DNA of 51,619 nucleotides from a virus (lineage: Duplodnaviria > Caudoviricetes): the IMG/VR virus record IMGVR_UViG_3300035397_000123, positions 1 to 51,619 of that record. The stretch is one strand, 5' to 3'. The position numbers were made by a program, and so were the translations under genes. This document shows, one piece after another, positions 1 to 8,595 of the stretch (position 1 is its first letter; each line of letters begins with the position of its first letter). The notes beneath the pieces are model-generated. The model was not told where the DNA came from. It was given only the letters and a program-made list of their open reading frames with translations, and ran no database searches.

Positions 1-35
1 AGTATGTTGCAGAAACTATTTTCACATTTCACAAT

Positions 36-62
36 AAAAACCCCGATCCGGCTCGCTCGGGG
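36..62 (-). terminator. Rho-independent terminator ending the leftward replication operon
   Basis: CCCCGA/TCGGGG hairpin followed by TTTTT on the minus strand. Confidence 0.55.
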
Positions 63-98
63 CAACGACTGAAAAAAACTAAACTCAACGCTACCAAT

Positions 99-245
99 TT
101 AGTTTTCGTTTGCCGGGTAAATTACTTTATGACTACAATCTTCTCTGTTTACTAATCTGCATTTCTTTGTACAAAACTGCTCTGCGCAAAACTTGCAACA
201 GGTATTTCGTTTTGTGAAAGGACATTTTCTGTCACACTCTGTCAT
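99..245 (-). CDS. small Cys-rich protein (48 aa, not in ORF track)
   Basis: ATGA overlap with the upstream stop; manual translation MTECDRKCPFTKRNTCCKFCAEQFCTKKC... Confidence 0.6.
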   Translation of the reverse strand: MTECDRKCPFTKRNTCCKFCAEQFCTKKCRLVNREDCSHKVIYPANEN

Positions 246-655
246 AGGAAAGTCGCCACCTGGTTAAGGAATTTTTGTTCATCTTCTGCCGTCCCGTTTA
301 TGAAGTATTTGAAAACAACATCTGTAATCTTCTTGTATAAAGCCTCAAACTCAACTTCATCCATCTTGTCAAAGGCAATGCTTTTAGGAAAATATAACAT
401 TTCACCATTCAAAGTGGCGTGAGCATGGTAATATCCACACCGAAGCAAAAGCTCCCACCGAAGGTCATCAATGTTATCGTACTTATCCTGATTGGAAAAC
501 ACAAGGTTTAGGAAAGCAAAGAATTTACGATGAAACTTTGCATTGCGTGGACGCTTTATCTCGACATCGTATTCACCGTCTGGAAGTTCTGAAAAATTAT
601 CATCACCTGGAAGGCGTAATAGCATACCCTGAGACTTTAACATGATCGCCTTCAT
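242..655 (-). CDS. DUF1367/NinB-like phage protein
   Basis: RNAKFHRKFFAFLNL and PKSIAFDKMDEVEFEALY motifs typical of DUF1367. Confidence 0.8.
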   Translation of the reverse strand: MKAIMLKSQGMLLRLPGDDNFSELPDGEYDVEIKRPRNAKFHRKFFAFLNLVFSNQDKYDNIDDLRWELLLRCGYYHAHATLNGEMLYFPKSIAFDKMDEVEFEALYKKITDVVFKYFINGTAEDEQKFLNQVATFL

Positions 656-870
656 ATTTCAAGCTCCATCTGCTTATAAGGAAGAGGCTTTGAAACATCT
701 TCGCATATTGAAAACTCACTCCATGCACCCATTAGAAATCTAATAGTCCAGTTCTGATACCATCCAAAGGAAAGGACTTTGTGGTGATGGTAAATATTTT
801 TCTTGTTGGCAATATCAATCATGAGTTCTTCAAGTGACCTATATGTCCGGCCCCGGTAATACTTTTTCAT
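652..870 (-). CDS. hypothetical protein (start revised to ATG 870)
   Basis: ATGA coupling with both neighbours. Confidence 0.6.
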   Translation of the reverse strand: MKKYYRGRTYRSLEELMIDIANKKNIYHHHKVLSFGWYQNWTIRFLMGAWSEFSICEDVSKPLPYKQMELEI

Positions 871-992
871 TTCGCCCACCTTACACCAACAGCTGATACC
901 CATGTTATAAACAGCGCAATAGGGATAATGTGGACATTCGACCACAACCACACAAGTAAAGTGGCAACCTCTTTGATAACTATTTCAACCAT
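867..992 (-). CDS. small membrane protein (41 aa, not in ORF track)
   Basis: GGAG RBS; MVEIVIKEVATLLVWLWSNVHIIPIALFITWVSAVGVRWAK is hydrophobic; stop overlaps next ATG. Confidence 0.6.
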   Translation of the reverse strand: MVEIVIKEVATLLVWLWSNVHIIPIALFITWVSAVGVRWAK

Positions 993-1001
993 AAATACTC
1001 C

Positions 1002-1481
1002 TTAAAAGTTATACCTTCCCACTTCACACTCTTCCGGGAACCAATTCATTTCACATTGAAAATACCCTTCATCAAGCGGTGAAAAATTCACAAAAGAAGG
1101 GCAATCAGAACACACTACAGGAACTTTTTCAAGTTTTGAAAGCCTCCAATCTTTGTAATATTGGATCAGTTTTTTGTTTCCAATCTTCTTTTCGTTTGCG
1201 TTCTTAATCGTCTTCTGCCGTCCAAGGTAAGAGCATATCGGACACTTCTTTTGCCGACCTACTATGCTCTGCCGGTGCTCTTTGCATAACCTTACTGCGG
1301 GAGGGGCTTTCTTTCCTGCCTTCCTCAGCATAGCATCTTTAATCTGACACTCCCTGCAGATATTAGAAGACTCTTTATAGAACATCCAATGCGGTCTATA
1401 GTCCCCACACTTTTTGCATCTTCGTTCTATCTTGAACACCTTGTCCCCCTTGGTTATAGTAGTAATATACAAATGGGTCAA
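1002..1481 (-). CDS. Cys-rich zinc-binding hypothetical protein
   Basis: Multiple CxxC pairs (CKKC, CREC, CPIC, CSDC). Confidence 0.65.
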   Translation of the reverse strand: MTHLYITTITKGDKVFKIERRCKKCGDYRPHWMFYKESSNICRECQIKDAMLRKAGKKAPPAVRLCKEHRQSIVGRQKKCPICSYLGRQKTIKNANEKKIGNKKLIQYYKDWRLSKLEKVPVVCSDCPSFVNFSPLDEGYFQCEMNWFPEECEVGRYNF

Positions 1482-2029
1482 GATTTAGTCAATACCTTGT
1501 CGATTAATTTTAGAATATTTTCTTCATCTTCAAAAGTGATCTCTCTCTGTGAAGTAAGTGATTCATATACAAATTCAAGTTCTGATTTATATCGTAATAG
1601 GTTACTGAAAAATGGCCTTCCCGCAATTGCCTGACTTGCCCCGCTCACACCCATGCTATCAGCCCTCAGCAGCAGGATCGAAAGTGTAATGAGTAGCCCA
1701 GTCCTAAACTCTTTGCTCGCTTCCTTGGAATGCTTCTTGTCATTGTGGACGGTCACGGGAATACTTCTTGAAACACCACCAAGAAAATCATTAGTAAGTT
1801 TCTCGATTGTTTCCTTAAAAGTAATTCCGTGCATCCTTTGAACAAAGTCTATCTGATCCCCGGTTCCGCATTTAAAACAGGTATACCCATCATGGTAGAT
1901 AAGCATACTCCGGTTGTCTTTGCTCTCATGGAAAGGACAGCAGCAGCGATTGTTTTTTACTACTAAGCCGTATCGTTCTGCGATATCACTGAGAGGTGGG
2001 AGGGCCGTCTTATCAAAAACTCTTTGCAT
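1478..2029 (-). CDS. stand-alone CHC2 zinc finger (DnaG-type Zn-binding domain, no TOPRIM)
   Basis: CPFHESK...YTCFKCGTGDQIDFV...ITFKE motif; follows DnaB. Confidence 0.85.
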   Translation of the reverse strand: MQRVFDKTALPPLSDIAERYGLVVKNNRCCCPFHESKDNRSMLIYHDGYTCFKCGTGDQIDFVQRMHGITFKETIEKLTNDFLGGVSRSIPVTVHNDKKHSKEASKEFRTGLLITLSILLLRADSMGVSGASQAIAGRPFFSNLLRYKSELEFVYESLTSQREITFEDEENILKLIDKVLTKS

Positions 2030-3275
2030 TTGAACTCTCTTTGAATCTTGTTGTTACCGTTGAAAAGTTATACATAATTGGTTCACCGTCAAAATTCCTT
2101 GCCTTCCCAATTATAAGCATTGCCTCTTCTTTTGGTGCGTTCCTGTCAACAATACATTGCCTCCAAGGAAATAAAACCACATCAGCATTTTCTTCTATTC
2201 CACCTGAACCTTTAAGGTGACTAAGATTGGGTATACCCTTTGCCTCAGCCTCCCTTGATAATTGCGTTAATTCAACTATTGGTATCTGTATCTCTTCTGC
2301 AAGCTTTTTAAAATCTCTTGAATATTGATTAAGCTCTTCTTTGGCGTATCTCTGGTCTTTAACAAGTAATGTTAATTGGTCAATATACGCCACATCAATC
2401 ATGTTTTTTCTTGCAAGCTCACGGATAGATGTACATATACCTGAGAATGTAAATGTGTAGTCTACAGAAAGATTCCCAAATCCATTTTGTATAATAGGTG
2501 TAAGCTCAAGAAGTTTTTCAAGTATTGCTTTTTGGCCGTAAGGGTTGCGCAATGCTTGGTAAGGAATTGGCTTTCCCATTATGTCAGACATAATTGAAAA
2601 CACCTTGTTGTAAACCTCCATAAAGGACACTTCCCCAGAGTAATAAGCAGGTCGATATCCATTTATTACCTGCCAAGTATACATCGTAAGAGCTTTAGAG
2701 CTTTTTCCCATACTTGGCCTCCCTGCAATAACCCATGTCTCACCACCCCTTAAACCACCGGATATTTCATCAAGCCGAGGAAAACCAGTAGGGATACCGC
2801 CTTTTTTATTTTCCTGTATCTGCTTTGCAAGTTTGTCATAATAACTACTTAATCCGTCTTGCAATCTAAAGGTTCTATCGGAAGCATACCCCTGCTTGAA
2901 AATCTCTGTAATGGTTTTTTCATACTCGCTCAACAACTTGACATAATCGTTATATGTCGGCTCTTTACGATTAAGAATGTTAGAAGACTCACGAAGATTG
3001 CGTATTTTTGCATAGGTCTTTAACCGCTCTACACCAGGTTCAAAGTCGCAACTTAAATTTCTAATAGATTCAAGATATGCAGCATGGTGTGGAAGGTCGT
3101 GCTTAACAATTCCCCATGTTACAGCTGACTTTCCGCTTACCAATCCTTTTATGCACTTAAAAACATCAAGTCCATCAGTATAATCTGATTCAACAGTCTT
3201 CTCGACAAGCAGTCTGCAAAGAGCACCTGTAGAGTCTGATAGTACAGCACCAAGTATTTGTGATTCAATTGACAT
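2013..3275 (-). CDS. dnaB: replicative DNA helicase, DnaB family
   Basis: IPTGFPRLD, Walker A GRPSMGKS, IDQL, LTQLSR, GSGGIEENADVV, IIGKARN. Confidence 0.95.
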   Translation of the reverse strand: MSIESQILGAVLSDSTGALCRLLVEKTVESDYTDGLDVFKCIKGLVSGKSAVTWGIVKHDLPHHAAYLESIRNLSCDFEPGVERLKTYAKIRNLRESSNILNRKEPTYNDYVKLLSEYEKTITEIFKQGYASDRTFRLQDGLSSYYDKLAKQIQENKKGGIPTGFPRLDEISGGLRGGETWVIAGRPSMGKSSKALTMYTWQVINGYRPAYYSGEVSFMEVYNKVFSIMSDIMGKPIPYQALRNPYGQKAILEKLLELTPIIQNGFGNLSVDYTFTFSGICTSIRELARKNMIDVAYIDQLTLLVKDQRYAKEELNQYSRDFKKLAEEIQIPIVELTQLSREAEAKGIPNLSHLKGSGGIEENADVVLFPWRQCIVDRNAPKEEAMLIIGKARNFDGEPIMYNFSTVTTRFKESSNAKSF

Positions 3276-3310
3276 ATTATATCGTCTTTGTTGGTTGATT
3301 GTTTAATGTG

Positions 3311-3440
3311 CGGGCCTTCCACCCGCCGGGCAACCCTTTGATTGTACTTCTCTCAAAGTTGCTCTGCACTCCTGCTAATTAAGCGAGACTGCCTTCCCCG
3401 TGATACCTGTCATACGAGGAACTTACACAGAGGACGGGGT
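3311..3440 (-). ncRNA. putative structured RNA upstream of dnaB
   Basis: GC-rich intergenic tract with four consecutive hairpins, the last GCGGG-TGGAAGG-CCCGC. Confidence 0.45.
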
Positions 3441-3444
3441 GTAT

Positions 3445-4002
3445 CTACACGGCCTGTCGCTTCATCTTCTCGTATTCACTTTCTTCAGTAACAACATCGT
3501 CATCCCAAATTCTTTGATTCAGGTATGTGAGAGGGTTTTTCCTTCGTGGCTTCCAATTGCCGGTAACCTCTTTCTCTTTTGGGCCGAGAGTAGATTGGAT
3601 ATAACCACCGAGAGTAGAAATAATTTTGTCTACATCAGACTGTGGAAGGGACATGAACTTCTTTTTAGAAGGGGCCGTCCCGGTCTTATGCGAATATGTC
3701 TCCCAAAACCACAACCAATCTTCTTCCCTATTAGAATATAGTGGACACTCAAATTTATTGATAGTCACAAACCAGTCTTCCTGATTGACCACATATTCGA
3801 TCCATTCCTTTCCCTCAAACTCAGCAAGGATAAGCATGATCATTTGAAAGTCTTCCTTGAGTATGGGAAGGTCTTTGAAAAGTGCATCGACATAGAACCC
3901 TTTGCGTCCTTTGTCTATAATCCACCGGAGAATGAATGCGGGGAAAAGCTCTATGCCTTCCCGTACCAATGCCGACTGCTTAAACCCAAAAATCTCTTTC
4001 AT
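3445..4002 (-). CDS. phage replication initiator-like protein (start revised to ATG 4002)
   Basis: AGGA RBS; C-terminal FWETY..K.G...SKKKF...KNPLTYLNQRIWDD domain typical of phage initiators; directly upstream of dnaB. Confidence 0.7.
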   Translation of the reverse strand: MKEIFGFKQSALVREGIELFPAFILRWIIDKGRKGFYVDALFKDLPILKEDFQMIMLILAEFEGKEWIEYVVNQEDWFVTINKFECPLYSNREEDWLWFWETYSHKTGTAPSKKKFMSLPQSDVDKIISTLGGYIQSTLGPKEKEVTGNWKPRRKNPLTYLNQRIWDDDVVTEESEYEKMKRQAV

Positions 4003-4020
4003 ACGAATCCTTTCTTTAAA

Positions 4021-4093
4021 CAGGGCGTGATGGAATCGAACCACCATTAGCAGATTCAAAGTCTGCTGTCCTGACCAATTGGACGAACACCCC
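4021..4093 (-). tRNA. tRNA-Gln (anticodon TTG), CCA not encoded
   Basis: Cloverleaf: acceptor GGGGTGT/ACGCCCT, D arm GTCC/GGAC, anticodon arm GCAGA-CTTTGAA-TCTGC, T arm GGTGG-TTCGATT-CCATC, discriminator G. Confidence 0.93.
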
Positions 4094-4098
4094 AGGTT

Positions 4099-4593
4099 TT
4101 AGTCTTTTATAAAAACACCATTAATAGTTTTTCCGGTACGCTCACGAATAACATTCCAAGCCATATCACAGCATTCCATAAATATTACTTCATGCTTTCT
4201 TGCAATAGATTCAAGGGATGATAGCGAATGAGTAATTTCAAGAGTAGGGAGAACACCCCTTGCAAGCCTTCCCGCAATAGACAGAATGTCGTGAATAAAG
4301 GCTTTCCGTGCAAGCATTTTTGAATCCCGATAGACACTTAAAAAGTCAATCCCGCATTGTTTGCAAAGAAGACACAAAGTAACAGCGGTATCCCCTATTG
4401 CATCCATCAAACTATCAAGGCCTACAAGAGGAGCAACTTCGCAGAATGAATCGGCTTCATACAATTCGCCAGCTTCTTCTGCAACTTTTAAATACTGAGC
4501 CTTGGTTGCAAGTAGCGATATTCCATCTTCAGGAATAAGACCCTTTGCCCTTCCCCACTCTTCGATATTCTTGTCAAATTCTTCAATTGTCAA
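4099..4593 (-). CDS. MazG-like nucleotide pyrophosphohydrolase
   Basis: KVAEEAGEL, DAIGD and C-terminal AWNVIRERTGKTINGVFIKD; probable TTG start after GGAG. Confidence 0.85.
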   Translation of the reverse strand: MTIEEFDKNIEEWGRAKGLIPEDGISLLATKAQYLKVAEEAGELYEADSFCEVAPLVGLDSLMDAIGDTAVTLCLLCKQCGIDFLSVYRDSKMLARKAFIHDILSIAGRLARGVLPTLEITHSLSSLESIARKHEVIFMECCDMAWNVIRERTGKTINGVFIKD

Positions 4594-4786
4594 GATAATA
4601 CTCCTTGAAAGTTTTTCCGTTTCTTGTGACCATTCGCCCACTTATGGGATGGCCTTTCTTCAGGTCTGAAATCCTTGCAGCAAGTCTTAGGCATCCAAAC
4701 TTATTCAAAGCCTCAAGAGGGGTAATTGTATTCCCACCTTTTAGGTATGCAAGAATCTCACTCGACTGGGAGCTTGTTGATTGCAT
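4583..4786 (-). CDS. small winged-HTH protein (HTH_39-like)
   Basis: ILAYLKGGNTITPLEALNKFGCLRLAARISDLK pattern. Confidence 0.8.
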   Translation of the reverse strand: MQSTSSQSSEILAYLKGGNTITPLEALNKFGCLRLAARISDLKKGHPISGRMVTRNGKTFKEYYLDN

Positions 4787-4931
4787 CTTCAACCGCCTTC
4801 ATCCGTTCAGGTGAAAAGTCTCTTTGTCCTGAGAGCCATTGAGTCAGTTGTACATATTGGATATTATTCTCCATGCAGAACTTCGTCCGTCCGTATTTGT
4901 CAACTTTGTTTTTTGCTTCTTTTCTGTCCAT
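4758..4931 (-). CDS. Cro-like HTH regulator (57 aa, not in ORF track)
   Basis: AGGA RBS; ...GRTKFCMENNIQYVQLTQWLSGQRDFS... resembles an XRE/Cro HTH. Confidence 0.6.
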   Translation of the reverse strand: MDRKEAKNKVDKYGRTKFCMENNIQYVQLTQWLSGQRDFSPERMKAVEDAINKLPVE

Positions 4932-4947
4932 TGTTTTTCCTTATAGG

Positions 4948-5280
4948 TTAAAATGGGAGCGAGTCATCATAAGTACCATTGTTCACAGGTGGAGGACTTG
5001 CCGGTGTATTGTTTGCGGCAGGTTTATTTCCACCACGAGTTCCCTGCCAAAAAATCTTTCCATTGCCAACAAACTCTTTGTTGACCTTTGCCTCACGCTC
5101 TTCTTTCGATTGACCGATTGACACATTGCAGTCGTTGTTGTACTCATCCTTGACATCATTCACCATGATGCTAAGAGCGAGATACCGCTTGTTGCTTTTA
5201 CTAAGGGACACACCCTTGCCCGCTTTGATTGCTGCCGACAACTTGTCAACATCAATGCTTGCGCCAATTATCATTGCCAT
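4948..5280 (-). CDS. single-stranded DNA-binding protein (phage type)
   Basis: Short beta-rich core, flexible tail ending in acidic DDSLPF; next to ERF. Confidence 0.75.
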   Translation of the reverse strand: MAMIIGASIDVDKLSAAIKAGKGVSLSKSNKRYLALSIMVNDVKDEYNNDCNVSIGQSKEEREAKVNKEFVGNGKIFWQGTRGGNKPAANNTPASPPPVNNGTYDDSLPF

Positions 5281-5281
5281 G

Positions 5282-5866
5282 TTACTTTTTCCCCTTCCCC
5301 ATTTTGATTTTTTTATTATTCAATACCGAAAGTATACTACGAAATTCTGCCGAAGAAAAATCATCCAAAGAACTTTTCTGATAATACTCAAGGAAAGTCT
5401 TGTGATCGGTTTCTGTTTCTGTCAACAGGTCTTTTATTGCCTGTTTTTCTTCTTCCGAAAGAGGTTTCTTTTCGGCAACCTTCTTCTCACGCTCTGCTGA
5501 TTTCTGATCAGCATCTTCTTCAGACATTAAATTGAATGCACCAACAAGAGAATATCTACGAAGATAGGTAATAACACCACCCATTGATTGGACAGGGGTC
5601 ATACCTGGGAGCTCCACTTTATCCCATGGAAGATACAGTCTTGAGGTAGCCTCTTCTCCTGCATACCAAATTGTCGTTGTCACAAGAACACCTTTTTCAT
5701 CAGAGTCTACTGATTGTTCGTAGATAACATCGGTGCCTGAAAGCGCAGCGTCCAACTGAGCGACAACATCCGGGAGGGTCGCATACTTAAACTTAAACCC
5801 TTCCGTGCTTTTCTCGATTGTCCCGACCTTCTTCCGAATTTCGGTAATTTTTTCTACAAGATTCAT
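5282..5866 (-). CDS. ERF-family single-strand annealing protein
   Basis: FKYATLPD and QSMGGVITYLRRYSL...EEDAD ERF signature. Confidence 0.9.
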   Translation of the reverse strand: MNLVEKITEIRKKVGTIEKSTEGFKFKYATLPDVVAQLDAALSGTDVIYEQSVDSDEKGVLVTTTIWYAGEEATSRLYLPWDKVELPGMTPVQSMGGVITYLRRYSLVGAFNLMSEEDADQKSAEREKKVAEKKPLSEEEKQAIKDLLTETETDHKTFLEYYQKSSLDDFSSAEFRSILSVLNNKKIKMGKGKK

Positions 5867-5875
5867 TTTCTCTCC

Positions 5876-6736
5876 TTAAAGAATGAGGTCGTCAGGATCA
5901 CCGTCAAAAATTGGCTTCAAGGCCCACGCAGGAACATCTATAAGCTGAAGTACATCAGGATATCCATCAAAGCCTTTTTCGAGGTATTCAGCATACCGGC
6001 GAAGTGCCTTGCGCCATTCCATCTCACCAAGAAGAAGTGAGTCTTCACGAATTGAGTAACACCCAACACCGAAAGGTTCTGCCGTTTCAACAGCCACAAA
6101 GTCGAATCCAACCTTTTCTCCTGTAAGTATCTCATACCCCTCCGTATAAGCGAAAGCCTGAACATGGTATTTGAAATTGTACATATCCTTTTGAAAGGAT
6201 TTTAAATCTACATCACGGGAAGATGTTTTAAGATCGGTGATGGCCGTCCCTGGTCTGAGTATATCCAACCTCCCCTTACACGGAACCCCCGTCTCAGCAT
6301 CAACCCAAAACATCGAAACCTGCGAAACTCCATCAAGCAACTCGCAAGCAGTTTTATAAGACTTAACAGATTCACAGATTCGGTCTGCATTATGCTTGTC
6401 TTCATAAGTTATCACAACACGGCCGGAAGAGGATGCACGGGCCTTCCACTCTTGGCAGACGGGTGAACGGTAATCCCAAGGCTTGATCTCTCCCTTGGCA
6501 TTCTCGTATGTCTCAGGAGCCATGATAAACCTTGTGGTATACTCTTCAGGTGTAAGAAGAAGGGTATCCACAAGTTTACCGGTTTCAAGTGCCTTCCCTG
6601 AGATACCATTTTGCTTGTAAGAAACAAGGTGCTTGCCGCTTTTTAAACAGGCTGTGACCTGCGACTTCGAGAAGGAGTCATCTGCAAAGTATTCTTCTTC
6701 GCTCATTCCTTCATAAATTCCAGGTTCGTGAATCAT
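5876..6736 (-). CDS. RecE-like PD-(D/E)xK exonuclease (DUF3799 type)
   Basis: SMFWVDAETGVPCKGRLD, ITDLKT, YHVQAFAY, FDFVAVE. Confidence 0.9.
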   Translation of the reverse strand: MIHEPGIYEGMSEEEYFADDSFSKSQVTACLKSGKHLVSYKQNGISGKALETGKLVDTLLLTPEEYTTRFIMAPETYENAKGEIKPWDYRSPVCQEWKARASSSGRVVITYEDKHNADRICESVKSYKTACELLDGVSQVSMFWVDAETGVPCKGRLDILRPGTAITDLKTSSRDVDLKSFQKDMYNFKYHVQAFAYTEGYEILTGEKVGFDFVAVETAEPFGVGCYSIREDSLLLGEMEWRKALRRYAEYLEKGFDGYPDVLQLIDVPAWALKPIFDGDPDDLIL

Positions 6737-7956
6737 TTTGCCTCCAACTTTGAAAGAAGATTATTCGCAAGGTCTATTCCGAGCAACTTGTTAATACCGG
6801 CTTCGCTGTAAAGAAAGTCCGAAACAACCTCAACAAAAGTGGCCTTGTCGATAATAACCTTCCCTGCGCTGTCAGATACTCTTTTCTTCGCTTCATCTTC
6901 AAGAGCCTTCCGACTATTCTCTGCTGCAACCTTTGCTTTTTCAGATTCCTCAGCGGCTTTTTTCTGAGCTTCCTCAAGTTTCTTTCTTGCATCCTCAGCT
7001 TCCTTATTTGCTTTTTCATCTGCAACGCGGCGTTCTTCCTCAAACTTCTTTCGCATTTCATCGGCTTCTGCCTTTGCCTTCGCATCTGCGGCCTCTTTTG
7101 CTTTCTTAGCCTTCAAAGCATCGGCTTCTGCTTTTTTCCTTATTTCCTCAGCTTCCTTCTTTGCTTTTTCAGCAGTCGCCTCAGCAATCTTCCGTGCTTC
7201 CTCGTTTTTTACACGAAGATCTTCCCGCTCTTTTTCGTAAGCAAGCTCACGATCTTTGAGGAATGAAACAAAAGCACTATAAACAGCGTCAGGCATATAC
7301 CCAATACTGTTAATGTCTGCCACTTCCTGTGCTGTAAGAAATTTTTTATACTGTGCAATTTCAACTTTACGCTCACTTGCAATCCTTTCTGCTTTTAATC
7401 TGGTTTCTTCTGCGGCCTTCCTCGACTTCAAAGTTTCGACATACGAAAGCCACTGCTCCGTGGTATATGTTTTGATTACTGTTTCAGCCATATCAGAAGG
7501 AAGGATATACCCATCCATACCGTAGATATCAGCTTTTCTCTCAAGAACAAGTTCCTCAATACGCTTTTTCTCTGCATATTCTGCAAACTTCTCTTTTTTA
7601 TCGAGAGAGAGCTCCACCTGAGAGGAAACATATTCAATGATGTTATAAACACCCTGAACAGCCTTCCCGTACTTAATAGAGTCCTCTTTCAATTCCTTCC
7701 GCTTCTTATCAGCAGCAGTCCGGTTCTTCGCAAGGGCAAGGCGGGCTTCCCGAGCCATTTTCATACCATCGACATCATCAACACTATCAACCTGAATTGC
7801 TTCATCAAGTTTCCGGTACTTCTCGATAATTGAGAAATATGAAACGAATGCAGATTGGATATTCGCCGCCGTCGGAGCCTCAAGGGATACCAACTCAGCA
7901 CGGGCCTCTGCCGGGATTACCTCAGCATCCAAAACTATCACTTCACTTTCTTCCAT
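6733..7956 (-). CDS. coiled-coil protein of the recombination module (start revised to ATG 7956)
   Basis: AAAGGAG RBS; long K/E/A-rich helical region. Confidence 0.75.
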   Translation of the reverse strand: MEESEVIVLDAEVIPAEARAELVSLEAPTAANIQSAFVSYFSIIEKYRKLDEAIQVDSVDDVDGMKMAREARLALAKNRTAADKKRKELKEDSIKYGKAVQGVYNIIEYVSSQVELSLDKKEKFAEYAEKKRIEELVLERKADIYGMDGYILPSDMAETVIKTYTTEQWLSYVETLKSRKAAEETRLKAERIASERKVEIAQYKKFLTAQEVADINSIGYMPDAVYSAFVSFLKDRELAYEKEREDLRVKNEEARKIAEATAEKAKKEAEEIRKKAEADALKAKKAKEAADAKAKAEADEMRKKFEEERRVADEKANKEAEDARKKLEEAQKKAAEESEKAKVAAENSRKALEDEAKKRVSDSAGKVIIDKATFVEVVSDFLYSEAGINKLLGIDLANNLLSKLEAK

Positions 7957-7978
7957 AAAACTCCTTTCGTAGAATTTT

Positions 7979-8064
7979 AAAAAGACCCTCACGGTTCCAA
8001 GCCGCCCACTTTCGTGCAATCCCTTCAACAGGGGAGGGTCATCACAACCAACACACAACCAACA
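7979..8064 (-). ncRNA. putative ~85-nt sRNA or attenuator leader with a four-way junction
   Basis: Lies between a sigma70 promoter and a U5 tract; closing stem GACCCTC/GAGGGTC encloses three hairpins. Confidence 0.5.
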
Positions 8065-8069
8065 CTACT

Positions 8070-8098
8070 AATATAACTATTACAACAGAGTTACGCAA
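8070..8098 (-). promoter_or_regulatory. sigma70-type promoter of the recombination/replication operon
   Basis: TTGCGT-17 nt-TATATT; spacer GTTGTAATAGTT also present at the promoter near 8390. Confidence 0.7.
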
Positions 8099-8369
8099 CA
8101 ACTTTCTTCACTTGAGAATAAAATATTTCTTCAGGAATATTTGTTGCCTTGTGGATCATTCTTAAAAGAGTCTTAGTGTGCTCTAAAGTAAGTCCATTAC
8201 TATTAATGACAGATATCTGAAAACCTATATCTTCAGAGATACCAAGGAGGGTGGGGTTGTGGAAAGTAGGACGAGGTGGAGGGGCCGTCCCGGGGAAGGT
8301 CTTTTTCTCACTCCCCTGTTCTCTTAACGCTCTAATTCTTTTCTGCATTGCTACATATCCATTGTCCAT
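8091..8369 (-). CDS. hypothetical protein
   Basis: AAGGAG RBS before ATG 8369; own promoter upstream. Confidence 0.65.
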   Translation of the reverse strand: MDNGYVAMQKRIRALREQGSEKKTFPGTAPPPRPTFHNPTLLGISEDIGFQISVINSNGLTLEHTKTLLRMIHKATNIPEEIFYSQVKKVVA

Positions 8370-8387
8370 AAATTCTCCTTTCATGGT

Positions 8388-8448
8388 TAATATAAACTAT
8401 TACAACAAAAAATACCTATTGCTTTATTTTAAAAACAATCATATATTG
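8388..8448. promoter_or_regulatory. divergent promoter pair
   Basis: Leftward GTTGTAATAGTTTATATT; rightward TTGCTT-17 nt-TATATT. Confidence 0.6.
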
Positions 8449-8595
8449 TTAGTACCGATTCCGGAAAGTCGGTAAACTTCGAAATTAAGGATATTAATTA
8501 TGTCAAAAAATTATGGGGTTAGTAGTAGGAATTAGCAGGTCAATCCTTAACCTGTTTTCCGGCCTACGAAAACCCCTCTTATTTGGAGGATCACA

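Noticed and set aside
4003-4059. N-terminal extension of ORF 3445..4059 in the ORF track
   Set aside because: It overlaps the tRNA-Gln gene; ATG 4002 has a proper RBS.
7984-8047. Hammerhead ribozyme or c-di-GMP-I riboswitch reading of the structured leader
   Set aside because: It has GUGAUGA rather than CUGANGA with the wrong stem topology, and lacks the GEMM GGYAAA/GACGCAAA consensus; kept only as an unknown RNA.
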